Positions 28,675 through 40,436 of a DNA stretch of 64,000 nt are shown piece after piece; positions within the stretch are counted from its first letter, which is position 1; every line of letters begins with the position of its first letter. Location: contig OZ024741.1 of the NCBI GenBank assembly GCA_964016885.1, positions 132,618,001-132,682,000 of the forward strand, given 5' to 3'. A program made the position numbers and the translations under genes. The stretch is from Eledone cirrhosa. Its lineage: Eukaryota. Below the pieces are notes generated by a model, which searched no databases, was not told the DNA's origin, and saw only the letters and a list, made by a program, of their open reading frames with translations.

Positions 28675-31210
28675 CATCATCATCATCATCATCGTCGTCG
28701 TCGTCATTTTACGTCCGCTTTTCCCTGCTTGCAAGAGTTGAACGGGTCATATTCAGCACATCATCTCTCCACTTGTCACGGTCCTTCGTCATCTCCGTGA
28801 GTTTCAGCGATCTGAGGTCTGCTCTCACCACCTCCGCCCATGTTTTCCGTGGTCTATCTCTACTGCGTCTTCCTTCTACTGGGATTTCTTGGCACTTCTT
28901 TACCCACCGGTCATCCTCCATGCGCATCACATGTCCATACCATCTCAGTCTTCTCTCCTGCACATCACAACTTATCACTCTTATACCCAGTTTCTTTCTC
29001 AACTCGTCTATGCTTGGTCGTTCACGCATATTAACATCCAACGGAGCATTTCTCTCCAGCCGTCGCATATCCTCTGCAGTTGCTGTCCATGTCTCACTAA
29101 CATGCAACATCGCGCATCTCACACATGCATCATAAAACCGTTGTAGCGCTCTCTAGACAAGGGAAGTAGCTGGAGTTACTTCCCGTTGAAATTCCAGAAC
29201 CTTCTTTGTAACTTCCGTCCAGGGAACTATTTTTCTTTTTTTCACCTCTTGGCCGCTTGCTTACGCTAAAGGTATACTCTTTTTCTAGCATTTTCTTCTC
29301 AAGCTGACAACACCGAGCACATGGATGTTAACTTTTCTCTAACCACCTATCATGGATCTGGTATATACCTAATTATGTACGAGAATATTTGTTTACAACA
29401 ATTGTAACATGAAACTACAATAAACGAGAATTTATATTTGATACTCGCATTGAGAAACTGCTTACGTTTTTATCATTCCCTCATGTAGTGAGAGTTAACC
29501 CTCATTCGACATGGTGTTGTATAAAATCTCTTATACTTTTCTTTATAAAATTTAGTAGCTAGATTCCGGTGGTATTTACTGGAGTAAATAACCCTGGGTC
29601 TAGCAGCAATACTAAACCGTCCTTTCGTACGCAGGGAGAAACCCTTCTTTGTCAACATAGGAAGCAGCTCCCTAAACATCTTTCAGCCCGTCCTTGTTCT
29701 AGATACTATGGCCTCGGAACACCCCTTCCCATGCTAATCTGATCACCTAGGTACCGGAAGCTATCAACCACTTCGATAGAACCCACCTGCATTAGAAAAA
29801 TGTGTCTATCACTGCGATTACTACTGGCAACTTTCCCTGTACATCTACTGCATACGTAGTTTTCCCTACCTGTTAGTTTGCCTGCTATCCCATTACATCT
29901 CTGTGTATCCAAGATCTGCATTGCATATATTTTATGGAATTTATGCCAGTTCCTTTCCTACATCTCGAACATGGCCATTTCCCTGATGGAATCGTAGTAT
30001 TGTGCTCTCTTCTACTTATCAACACTTTTGTCTTAGCTATGTTCACTCAGTCCTCTTGATTCCAACTGCTGTTTCCATAGCCAGAATTTATTCTCTAGCT
30101 CCTCTACTGATTCTGCTATAAGAACCAGATCATCAGCGTAGAGAAGTTTCCATGGGCATCCAGTCTTAAACTCCTCTGTTGTGGCTTGGAGGACTATAAT
30201 GAACAAGAGCGAGCTAAGGACCGAACCCTGATGTACACCTACTTGTATCTGGAATTCCTCACTAAACTCCATTCCTACTCTCACTTTACTGACAGCACCC
30301 CTGTACATAGCTTGCACTGTCCTCACAAGCCATTCCTCTACACCTAGTTAGGGACCACCAGATGACAGATCGGAGTACCCTATCAAAGGCCTTCTCTACG
30401 TCAACAAAAGCTAAGTATAGTGGCTTATTCTTCTCTAAGAACCTCTCCTGTAGTTGCCTCACTAAGAAGAGGGCATCTGTTGTACCTTTCCGAGGCACAA
30501 AACCAAACTGCATCTCATCTAATTTGACCCTTTCTCTAATCAGTTGCGCTAATATTCTCTCTGCCACTTTCATAACCTGATCCATCAGCTTTATACCCAT
30601 ATAATTGCTCCTCTCCAAAACATCCCTTTACCTTTGTAGCAATTTATGAGAATACTGCTGCACCAGTCTTTGGGTATGACACCACCATATATAGCTTGAT
30701 TGATGATGCGTGCAACCAGTTTAGTGCCTACTTCTCATGATGCCTTCAGCTTCTCAGCAACTATCCCCGACGGTCCAGCAGCCTTACCATTCTTCATTTC
30801 CTTAATTGCCTCTTGTACCCTATATTCGTCAATCTCAATAGCTGGTCCCTCTGTCGGGTCTACTGGGGGTAATTTCTCTCTCTCCAATTCGTTCTCCACA
30901 TCCATCAGTCTCTCATAATGACGTTTCCAGGCCTCCTTTTTTTGATCATTCGTGACACTAAGTACACCGGACACACATCTCCAACAACATCCTGATTTGC
31001 ACTAACACACTACCTTGCAATGCGGAACACCGCACATCTCTGATCTTCTCGTCGCAGAACATTGGCAAACCTCCCACTCTCAACCTCTCTGCGTGCTAAG
31101 TACACCTGACATCTAGCTTCTCTCTTAGCGGTTGTGTATCCTTCTCTACTCCCACCATTTTTCCAAGCCTTCCATGCCAGTCTTTTGTCTCTAATGGCCC
31201 TATCTACCGT
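28675..31210 (-). mobile_element. RTE LINE, 5' truncated and decayed; related to 40437-44640
   Basis: GKAAGPSGI, QFGFVPRKGTTDA, VDVEKAFDRV, GVHQGSVLS, LYADDL, RRLRWYGHV; (GAT)n tail at 28675. Confidence 0.9.
29142..29616 (+). mobile_element. Solo LTR (475 bp) inserted in an RTE
   Basis: TGTAG...CTAAA termini; TSD CCGT; removing it restores GFSLRTKGRFYDACV; 5' part resembles the 21759 LTR. Confidence 0.78.
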
Positions 31211-31269
31211 GCTCAGTAGCCTGCAGTATTGTCACGCAAGAAATTCCAGTTATCATCTATGTCATACAA

Positions 31270-31329
<60 letters not shown>

Positions 31330-31601
31330 AATGCATCGGGTATGCTTAGACATGGTATAGGATGTATTCTGTCAGGGGTGCTGGAGTTACCCTCTAAAAT
31401 CAATAAATTGATAGCGATGCTAAGACGCTGGAATAAACAAGCACCCTCACCAGGAGCAAGACCTGATACAACGGTAAGACTGGCTGATAACGAGGCTAGG
31501 GTGCTAGAACAGCCAAGGATACTCACGGGCATCATTTGATACATCGGTATAGCGAGCCGCCAACAATGACAGAATATATCTTTTTCTTTATTAAAACAAT
31601 C

Positions 31602-32014
31602 GGCACTACAACGCTATTAGCTGTCAGTCCAGTGGAAAACAGGCGAAGGTGACGTCACTCGTCAACATCGTTTATTTCCGTATTACTACCACGCATAAGT
31701 GGAGTCTTAACGCGTTTTTTTTTAGAGAGAGAGGAAAGAGGAGAGATAGGGAAGAGAGAGAGAGAAGACTTAAAAGGGCCAAATTAGAAAACAAATAGAA
31801 AACAAGTCATGGTTATAAAGCATATCGATGTAAGTGGAGTTACTTAAATGAAAATATAGGTGGCCCTTAAAAGGGCCAAATTAGAAAACAAATTTAAGTT
31901 AATTAGAAAACAAGTCATGGTTATCAATGTAGAAAACAAGTCATTCATAAATTTAAGTTTTATAATCAAATTTTTTTCACCAACAAATATGACAGCTAAT
32001 AGCGTTGTAGTGCC
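31602..32014. mobile_element. MITE with perfect 25-bp TIRs (GGCACTACAACGCTATTAGCTGTCA)
   Basis: TIR at 31602-31626 and its reverse complement at 31990-32014; partial copy at 57440-57648. Confidence 0.8.
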
Positions 32015-32049
32015 CGCAATTCTGTATCTTTACGTATATTGCGCATAGA

Positions 32050-32290
32050 TACGAGGGTTGACAAAGATACTCTCATGGAATGTGACCAAATGAGGTTTAT
32101 TTTTCAACATAGTCTCCCTTGCGTTCCACACACTTCTCCATCGGTATTGCAGTACTGAGATCAATGTTTTCTTCGGTAGTGGCAGTTGTAGGACGTCCAG
32201 ACATTGGGTCATCTTCAAGAATCCCCTATCCTTTCCTAAATTCGGCTGCCCACTTTTGCACAAAGGAAAATTGTGGTACAATTTTGTAAG
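32050..32290 (-). mobile_element. mariner-like transposon relic
   Basis: TACGAGGG terminus; C-terminal RW.KCVERKGDYVEK* with a frameshift. Confidence 0.7.
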
Positions 32291-33049
32291 GTCTGCTTAT
32301 AGCATTATCCATCTTTCAAAAATGAAGGTCCACATTTCGTCGACTTCAATACATTTTATTACATTTTATTGTATTGTAAACATTAACTTTTATGGAAATT
32401 TTATTACAAAATTTCAATTTAGTTCGATTTTGGGGAATTTATTTAACAAACATGGAAAAATAAGAAAAAGAATAAAATAAAAAATAATTTAATTGCCTTT
32501 AATAAAGAAGATAAATAGAGTGGAACTGATTTCCAGGTCATACTAATGAAACAAGGTTTTTTCCATTACTGATATTATCTGTCTGCCCAAGTCCTGGTAG
32601 AAGATGCTACACGAACTAAAGTATTTTACTGAAGGACGCAACATGCTGCAGGATCGAAGAAACGAGCCCATGACTTTATAATGGTTAGTCCAGTACCGTA
32701 ACCCCTAAGGCATGTGCCTTCACAGAGGAAAGGTAAATCATATTATAACAGATTAGATGGGTACTATGTTAAATATTACTATGTGTCATATTATACCAAA
32801 GAGGAAGTGTGCTGTATAATAAACATTGATATCAGGTTGATTCAATAACTACCCGGTCCCAAATATGAACCCATGAACTTATGGTCGTCAGTCAAACACT
32901 TTAACCATTGTATGTATGTATGTATACACGTATGGATGGATGGATGTATGTATGTATGTGTGTATACATATATGGATGGATGGATGGATGGATGTATGTA
33001 TGCATGTATGTATACATGTATATATGTAAGTAGGTATGCGTGTATGAGA

Positions 33050-35500
33050 ACAACTGGAAGGACTTCAGGAGCTCGGTCTATGAGGCTTCAGCAGAGGCCC
33101 TTGGCTTTGTCACAAGAAAACAAGGACTGGTTTGATGAGAATGACCAGGAGGTCAAGGCTCTGCTAGACAGAAAACAAAAGGCACTTGATGCAGTTCTTA
33201 AAGGTGGTAGCTCTGTTGGTGACAATTATGAGCGTTACAGACAGGTAAAGAAGGAAGTGCAGGTGAAACTCAGGGCTATGCAAAATACCTGGTGGAACAA
33301 CAAAGCAGATGAAGTTCAAGTGGCATCTGACGGCAACAATGTGAAACTGCCGCACTTTCTACTCACAGAGGTGTATGGATGGCCCTTTCAACTCTCCAGT
33401 GGCCCCTTTGAGATCGAAAGATGGCAAGCAATTACTGCGTGACCCAAAAGACACTCGACAGATAGAGAGATCACTTTGATGAGCTCTTAAACTAGGTTGA
33501 TGATGATTTCATTTGTTCCATTCCTATTGAACCAGTGAAGCATATGAGATGGCTAATGTATCTTCTCTTGCAGAGGGGACTTCTGTTGTGCATAAGCTGA
33601 ACTGTGGTAAGTCTCCTGGTATGGATGGTCTGAGTGGAGCGATTTTGAAGTGTGGTGGTGAAAACTTCACGCAACGCCTGACTGACCTCATGAAAATGGT
33701 GTGGGAAGATGAGAATGTCCCACAAGGATGCGCTCATGGTGATTCTCCATAAAGGAAAGAACGGCAAGGACAAATGTGGCAATTATCATGTCATATCCCT
33801 TCTTTCAGTAGTTGGTAAAGTCGTGTCGAATATTGATGAATAGATTGATCCCAAGAGTTGCTCTGAATGTGTTGCCTGAGTCGCAGTGTGGGTTCAGAAA
33901 CGAAAGAGGAACAGTGGATATGATCGTTTCTGCTTGGCAGCTGCAAGAAAAATGTATCGAACAATGTATGGACCTTTACCAGGTCTTTGTTGGCTTGACA
34001 AAGGCCTTTGACACTGTCAATCAAACTGCGTTGTGGGAAAAAAATCCAAGGTAGGGTAGAAGATTCTGCATCTTTTCCATGATGACATGAAGGCTTTGGT
34101 CAGTATTGGTAGCATCTCTGAACCAATATCAGTTGAAAATGGAGTGAAGCAGGAGGACATTCTGGCTCCAACTCTGTTTTCCTTATATTTTACGATAGTG
34201 TTTCTCATGGCATTCAAATATTGTTCTCGTGGGGTTTACATCAGGTATCGCACTTCAGGAAGGTTGTTCAACACCAGGCGCTTTGGTACAAGCACAAAAG
34301 TATTAACATCTATAATCCGAGAGTTTTTGTATGCAGACGACTGCGATCTTTTTGCACACTCGCAAAGTGACATGCAGCATATTATGAACTCTTTTTCTGC
34401 AGCTTGCAGCACTTTGGGCGTCACAATAAGCTTGGAAAAGACTGTTGTGATGTATCAGCCAGTACCTGGAAACGAGTACACTGCACCAAGTGTGTACGTG
34501 TACGGAAAGAGGCTAAAAGTTGCTGACAAGTTTGTTTACCTTGGTAGTACGTTGAACATTTCATGGACACATGATAATGAAATATCCTTAAGAATCAAGA
34601 AAGCCAGTGATGCTTTTGGACGGCTGCATCAACGTTTATGGCCCAGACGAGGTATCACTTTCGAAACCAAGGTGAAAGTGTATCTGACTTGTGTCGTCTC
34701 CTCTTTACTTTATGTTTGTGAAACGTGGGTCACATACAGAAAGCACCTCAAGGATCTGGAGAGATTTCACCAACAATCTCTTCATAAGTTACTTGGGGTG
34801 TGGTGGAAAATGTTCGCCAGTGATTTGGAAGTTCTAGAACGGAGCAGGTGCGTGACTAGAGAGCATAATCTTTCGGTATCGGTTGAGGTGGTGCAGTCAC
34901 GTGGTCCGGATGTCTGATGATCGTATTCCAAAGCAACTTCTCTATAGAGAACTGTGTGAAGGAAGGCGACCACTACATAAACCAAAAAGGCGGTACCGGG
35001 ACTGTATCAGGGGCACCTTGGTTTGTGCTGGAATTTCATCTGACGAATGGGAGAAAATGGCTGACGAGCGTGTGAAGTGGGGACGTTTGATCAAGTCAGG
35101 TGGTGAACACTTTGAAACTCGTCGGAGAGGACACCTAACACTGAAAAGGAAGGTGAGGATTGAGACTGTTCTGAACTGCCTGCTGTTGAACATCATCTGG
35201 TTTGCCAGCACTGTGGTCGAGTCAGCTTGAGCAAAGCTGGTTTGATTAGACATGAACAAAGTCATATCAGTAGACCTCATGTAGATTATGATCTGAAAAG
35301 GTGTAAGAAATGTACAAGCATGGGTGGTCTTAAAAGATACATGTGAACATACAGCCAGAACAAAGCAATGGAAGGTTTCAGGGGAGCCTAAAGTTGCCAT
35401 GTGTGTGCCAGAGGGTGCAAGTATTTGGCTGGTTTAAAGAATCACATTTATGCTTCACATTTTTGAACATTTTATCGGGCGATGGCAATACTTGAACACG
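33050..35500 (+). mobile_element. RTE (BovB-like) LINE, disrupted
   Basis: GKSPGMDG, LPESQCGFR, TKAFDTVN, GVKQ.DILAPTLF, LYADDC, FVYLGS; C-terminal C2H2-like motifs; frameshifts. Confidence 0.88.
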
Positions 35501-36419
35501 AGTTTGCAGCCATCATGTAGTATGTATGTATGTATGTATGTCGGGTCACTCTTGAGTGCTATTGGTAACATGTAACCCAGTACAACCTGTCGCATGGTCG
35601 GGTCGTCGGCGACTAAACTGGCAAGTTTACTTGGTGAGGAGGGTGATTTTGGACACCCTGCAGGACAAAAAACAAAACCTGACAAAGGGCGGAAGATCTC
35701 ATAAGAGTCAACGGCCATCCAAAAGTGTGTAAATATGTATATACACATGTACATATGTATGTATATGTATATGTGTATATACATGGGTGCATGTGTATGT
35801 ACATGCGCGGGGACATAGAAATAATCGGGCTGGACACTCGATCGCGCAGTTAAACCACTGGGAGTGAAGGACCCCTAGCCTTTGTCAGGGCATTCTTCTA
35901 GGAGAAGGCAACTCAGGAAACTGGGATAACTCCGATATAAAACCTGCGGCTCAGTAGTTACCGATGATGTTGATATTTTCTTCTTTTCGGGTTATAGCTA
36001 CTGTCACTCAGAGAGTGGGATTGGCTCAGTGCACAGTCTTTCCTCATTTAAAAAAATATCTTCATGCACAGGCATTGCACGATAGAATTAATTAATAATT
36101 ATTAATAATGGTATATCGTGCAATGGCCATACTCGATAACGAGGGGGTAGCCATCATGTATGCATGCATGCGTGTATGTGTTTGAGTGTGTGTGTGTGTG
36201 TATATATATGTGTGTGTATATATATATATATATGTGTGTGCATGTGGGTGTGTATATATATATCTCCATATACATATTTATTCAGCTGATATAGGCTGGA
36301 TTGGTTGGAATATTCTGACGCGAATTCTTTCTGCTCTGTTAAATCGAAACAAATCTTGACTTTTTATTTAAGGTTTTCTATATAAGAGACCGGGAGACCA
36401 TGTTGATACTATGAAGGCC

Positions 36420-37025
36420 ATTTGTCCTTAGCCGCCTGGACTATTGCTCCCAGCTGTGGTCACCCGATAGTATCAAACTAACCACGGAACTTGAGACAAT
36501 CCAACGAAGCAACACCAAGAGGATTGCACGATGAAGGAGATGAGCTACTGGGAGAGGCTAAAAGAACTGAAACTCTACTCCTTGGAACGAAGACGGGAGA
36601 GATACGCAGGGATATACATATGGAAAATCCTGGAGGGACTAGCGCCAAACTTTGGTATTGAGAGCGGGACCAACCCCCGAAAAGGACGTCACTGTGTGGT
36701 GACAAAGGTCCCGTCTTCCACATCTAGAACAAGAAGCAGATATTGCAATAGACTGGGGTTCAAAGGCCCTCAACTCTTCAACAAACTGCCGAGGGATTTG
36801 AGAGATCTACATGGTGTGGCCGTGGATATTTTCAAGAAACTTCTCGACACCCTGTTATCCAGGATCCCGGATGAGCCCACATCACGGTACGAAGGTAACC
36901 TAAGAGCAGCAGCAACGAACTCCCTCTTACATCAATGGCCAGCCAACACAGGCTGGAGATAGAATGTGTAGCAACAAGGGCAGTGCCCAATCATGGTCTC
37001 AGCCGGATGGCTGGAACAGCTACAA
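36420..37025 (+). mobile_element. CR1-group LINE 3' fragment
   Basis: EMSYWERLKELKLYSLERRRER..IYIWKILEG..GPQLFNKLP..FKKLLD; second copy at 39667-40003 (-). Confidence 0.8.
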
Positions 37026-37364
37026 GAGTATATATATATATTTAATATAGAAATAGCTTCAACGGGACTAGAACTGTTTCATTCGGAGGAAATCATCAGA
37101 AAAGCCGACTGTCAATATAATATGGTGGTATTTTCTGTTGGTAGGGGAGGGTAGTAAATTGATGCTAACTAGACAAACACATACACACTGACAGGCACTC
37201 CTAATTTTCAAGATTCATTTATTCCAAACAAAGGGTTTTCATTGAGTGGCAATATTAAAATGCTCTGCAAAAAGATATAAATATGTGTGTGTGTGTTTGT
37301 GTATGTGTGTGTATGTGTGTGTATATGTGTGTTTGTGTATATATATATATATGTGTGTGTGTGT

Positions 37365-38175
37365 GTGCAAATTTCAATAATATTAAGACACCCTAATGGG
37401 GGTTAAACGCCCTATAGTGAAAAGTTTGGCCAATAAATGGAACAAGATTTTACGAACTCCTCCTATGGTTTTGGAGATAGACTCCCATAACCATATATAT
37501 TCTGAAACTACATTGCCCAGGGTACTTGTATAAGTATATTTCATTTTAATCAAAGGGTTCATCGGGGGCACAAAACCGCCGCTGAAACTTTACCTTCGAT
37601 TTATATGAAATTTAAACCATAGGTAAATGACAAGATATGATGCCTATTCACAAAATTTCAGTAAATTTCAATAAAATTAAAATACCCTAATGGGGGCACA
37701 AAAATCCCCGCTGAAAATGTTTTCGGTTCGATTTATATGCAATTTAAACCATAGATAAATGAAGAGATATGATGCCTATTCACAAAATTTCAATACTATA
37801 AGATACCTTAATGGTGGTTAAACCCCCTATTAGGGTTCCCGGGGAATAAACCCCCGCTGAAAACTTTTCCCTTTCGATTTATATGAAACTTAAACCATAG
37901 GTAAATGACAAGATATGATGCCTATTCACAAAAGTTTTCAATTGATATTTTGAAAAAAATTATTTACAAGAAACAAAATAAGAATAAGATTTAATAATGC
38001 AATTTTGATTTAATATATTACAAAAAATGATGTTTTCCAATTTTTCATGCTTTATATTTTACATTGAGTAATATTGAGTTTTTCTCCATAAATTATATCA
38101 CTGATTTAAAATCAATCATCATTTTCTTACAAAAAAAATGTGTGAAACGCAGCAAGGCGCTGGTAATTCGGCTAG
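37365..38175 (+). mobile_element. Helitron-like element with internal ~130-150-bp tandem repeats
   Basis: Three or more units of CCGCTGAAA..TTCGATTTATATG..AAACCATAG..GATATGATGCCTATTCACAAAA; 3' CAGC-AAGGC-GCTG..CTAG|T at 38172-38176. Confidence 0.6.
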
Positions 38176-38224
38176 TATATATATATATATATGAGTGTGT
38201 GTGTATATATATATGTGTGTGTGT

Positions 38225-39200
38225 GTGCTCATTATGTAGGAGAGGTGTAGGTAGAAACTCCATCCTCTGCCCCATATGCAAACTATGGGTACACAAGAGA
38301 TGTAGTGGGATCTCAGGAAGTTTAGTTAAGAATGTAGGCTTTACATGTAGCAGTTGCACCAGGACAGTAAGCAGCAAACAATCACTGAAAACAAGTGACA
38401 TCAAAGTCTGGGAGGACTTGGTAAAAACAATACCGAATTAGCAGCGGAGGGGGTGTTCTGAAAGAACGGGATGGAAGATGTTGAGGGAGCTACTGCCACA
38501 GCCGGATACCAAAGGCTTTTCGCTCAGAATAAAAGGTAGACTGTATGATGTGTGCATATGAATGGCAATGTTGCATGGTATTGAGAGCTGGGCGCTGTGT
38601 GTAGAAGACTTGCGTAGATTAGAAAGGAATGAAGCTTGTATGCTCCGATGGATGTGTAATAGTAATATACGCGAACAGCAAAGCATAAACAAACTGAAAG
38701 AGAAACTAGGCATAAGAGGAATCAAATGTTGTGTGCAGGAGAGGAGATTATGTTGGTATGGACATGTGATTCGTATGAAGGATGACAGCTACATAAAGTC
38801 CCAGAAAGACTTGAGATGAAGTGATAAAAGCCGACCTTGCCCAATTGCACCTCTGAAAGGCAATGACACAGGACGAAGATCTCTGGCGTTATGAGGTAAT
38901 ACAGAAACCCCAACTTCCCACGGGCCCAGGCCAAGCTGAAACATACATACAGTGTGCACCACTCCATCCCACCCGCCAAAATATATTTCATGAGAAGAGG
39001 CCGAAACACTGTAAAGTGGTCGTAATGGTGACACGGTAAAAAACACCCAGTCCACACTGTAAAGTAGTCGCGGAGGAATCACAACAAAAAACACCCAGTA
39101 CTCATTGTAAATGAGTTTGGCATTAGGAAGGGCATCCAGCTGTAGAAACCAAGCCAAAATCAATTCTTTATGAACAAGACATGGTCACCTGACCTAACAT
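38225..39200 (+). mobile_element. RTE LINE 3' fragment (same family as 40437-44640)
   Basis: GVGRNSILCPICKLWVHKRCSG, MLHGIESWAL, RRLCWYGHV; 3' UTR follows. Confidence 0.85.
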
Positions 39201-39215
39201 TGCCAACAATAGAAG

Positions 39216-39600
39216 GCACATGGCTCAGTGGTTAGAGCACTGGGCTTGCAATTGAAAGGTTGTGAGTTTAATTCTCAGACCGGGTGATGTGTTGTTTCCT
39301 TGAGCAAGACACTTTATTTCACATTGCTCCAGTTTACTCAGCTGTAGAAATGAGATGATAGGACTGGGGTCCCTATCATTCCACTGCAAAGTGGTCGTGG
39401 AGGTGCCACGGCAAAAAAAAAAAAAAACACCCACCACTTACTGTAAATGAGGTTGGTGTTAGGAAGGGCATCCAGCTGTAGAAATCAAGACAGAATCAGT
39501 TCCCATATGAGCAAGACAAGGTCAGCCGACTGGACACTGCCCACAACAGGACAACCCATGCTAGCGTAGAAGAACTGACATAAAATGATGATGATGAAAT
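39216..39600 (+). mobile_element. SINE family B: tRNA head + CORE-like domain + RTE-derived tail
   Basis: GGCTCAGTGGTTAGAGC A box; TCCTTGAGCAAGACACTT core; AGGAAGGGCATCCAGCTGTAGAAA tail and (GAT)n; copies at 40005-40370 (-) and 46262-46577 (-). Confidence 0.8.
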
Positions 39601-40436
39601 ATAACAGAGTTTTATAGCTTGCTTGAAGCATTGATGAATAGGAAACACAAATTTAAATTTTGAAAACGAATTTGAGGGCCTTTGAACCCCAGGCCATTGC
39701 AATAGCTGCTCCTGATTCTAGATGTGGAAGATGGGACCTTTGGTACCACACAGTGACGTCCTGTTCGAGAATTGGTCCAGCTCTCAATGCGAAAGTTTGG
39801 TCTTAGTCCCCCCAGGATTTTCCATATGTATATCATTGCATATCTCTCCCGTCTTCATTCCGAGGAGTAGAGTTTCAGTTCTTTTAGACTCTCCCAGTAG
39901 TTTATCTCCTCCATCGTGGCAACCTTCTTGGTGTAGCTTCCTTGGATTGCTTCAAGCTCCATGGTTAGTTTGATACTATAGGGGTGACCACAGCTGGGAG
40001 CATTCATCATCATTTCATTTTACGTCCACATTTTCCCTGTTTGCAAGGGTGGGACGGGAACTGATTCTGGCTTGATTTCTACAGCTGGATGCCCTTCCTA
40101 ACACCAACCTCATTTACAGTGAGTGCTGGGTGCTTTTTTTCCCGTGGCACCTCCACATCCACTTTACAGTGTGGGCTGGGTGCTTTTTTGCCGTGGCACC
40201 TCCACGACCACTTTGCAGTGGAATGATGGGGACCCCAGTCCTATCATCTCATTTCTTCAGCTGAGTAAACTGGAGCAATGTGAAATAAAGTGTCTTGCTC
40301 AAGGAAACAACACATCACCCGGTGTGAGATTTGAACTCACAACCTTTCGATTCCAAGGCCAATGCTCTCAATAAGTATGTATATATATATATACACACAT
40401 ATATATAAACTAATATATACACACACACACACATTA

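Noticed and set aside
39216-39290. tRNA gene
   Set aside because: tRNA-like SINE head continuing into core and LINE tail; no complete cloverleaf
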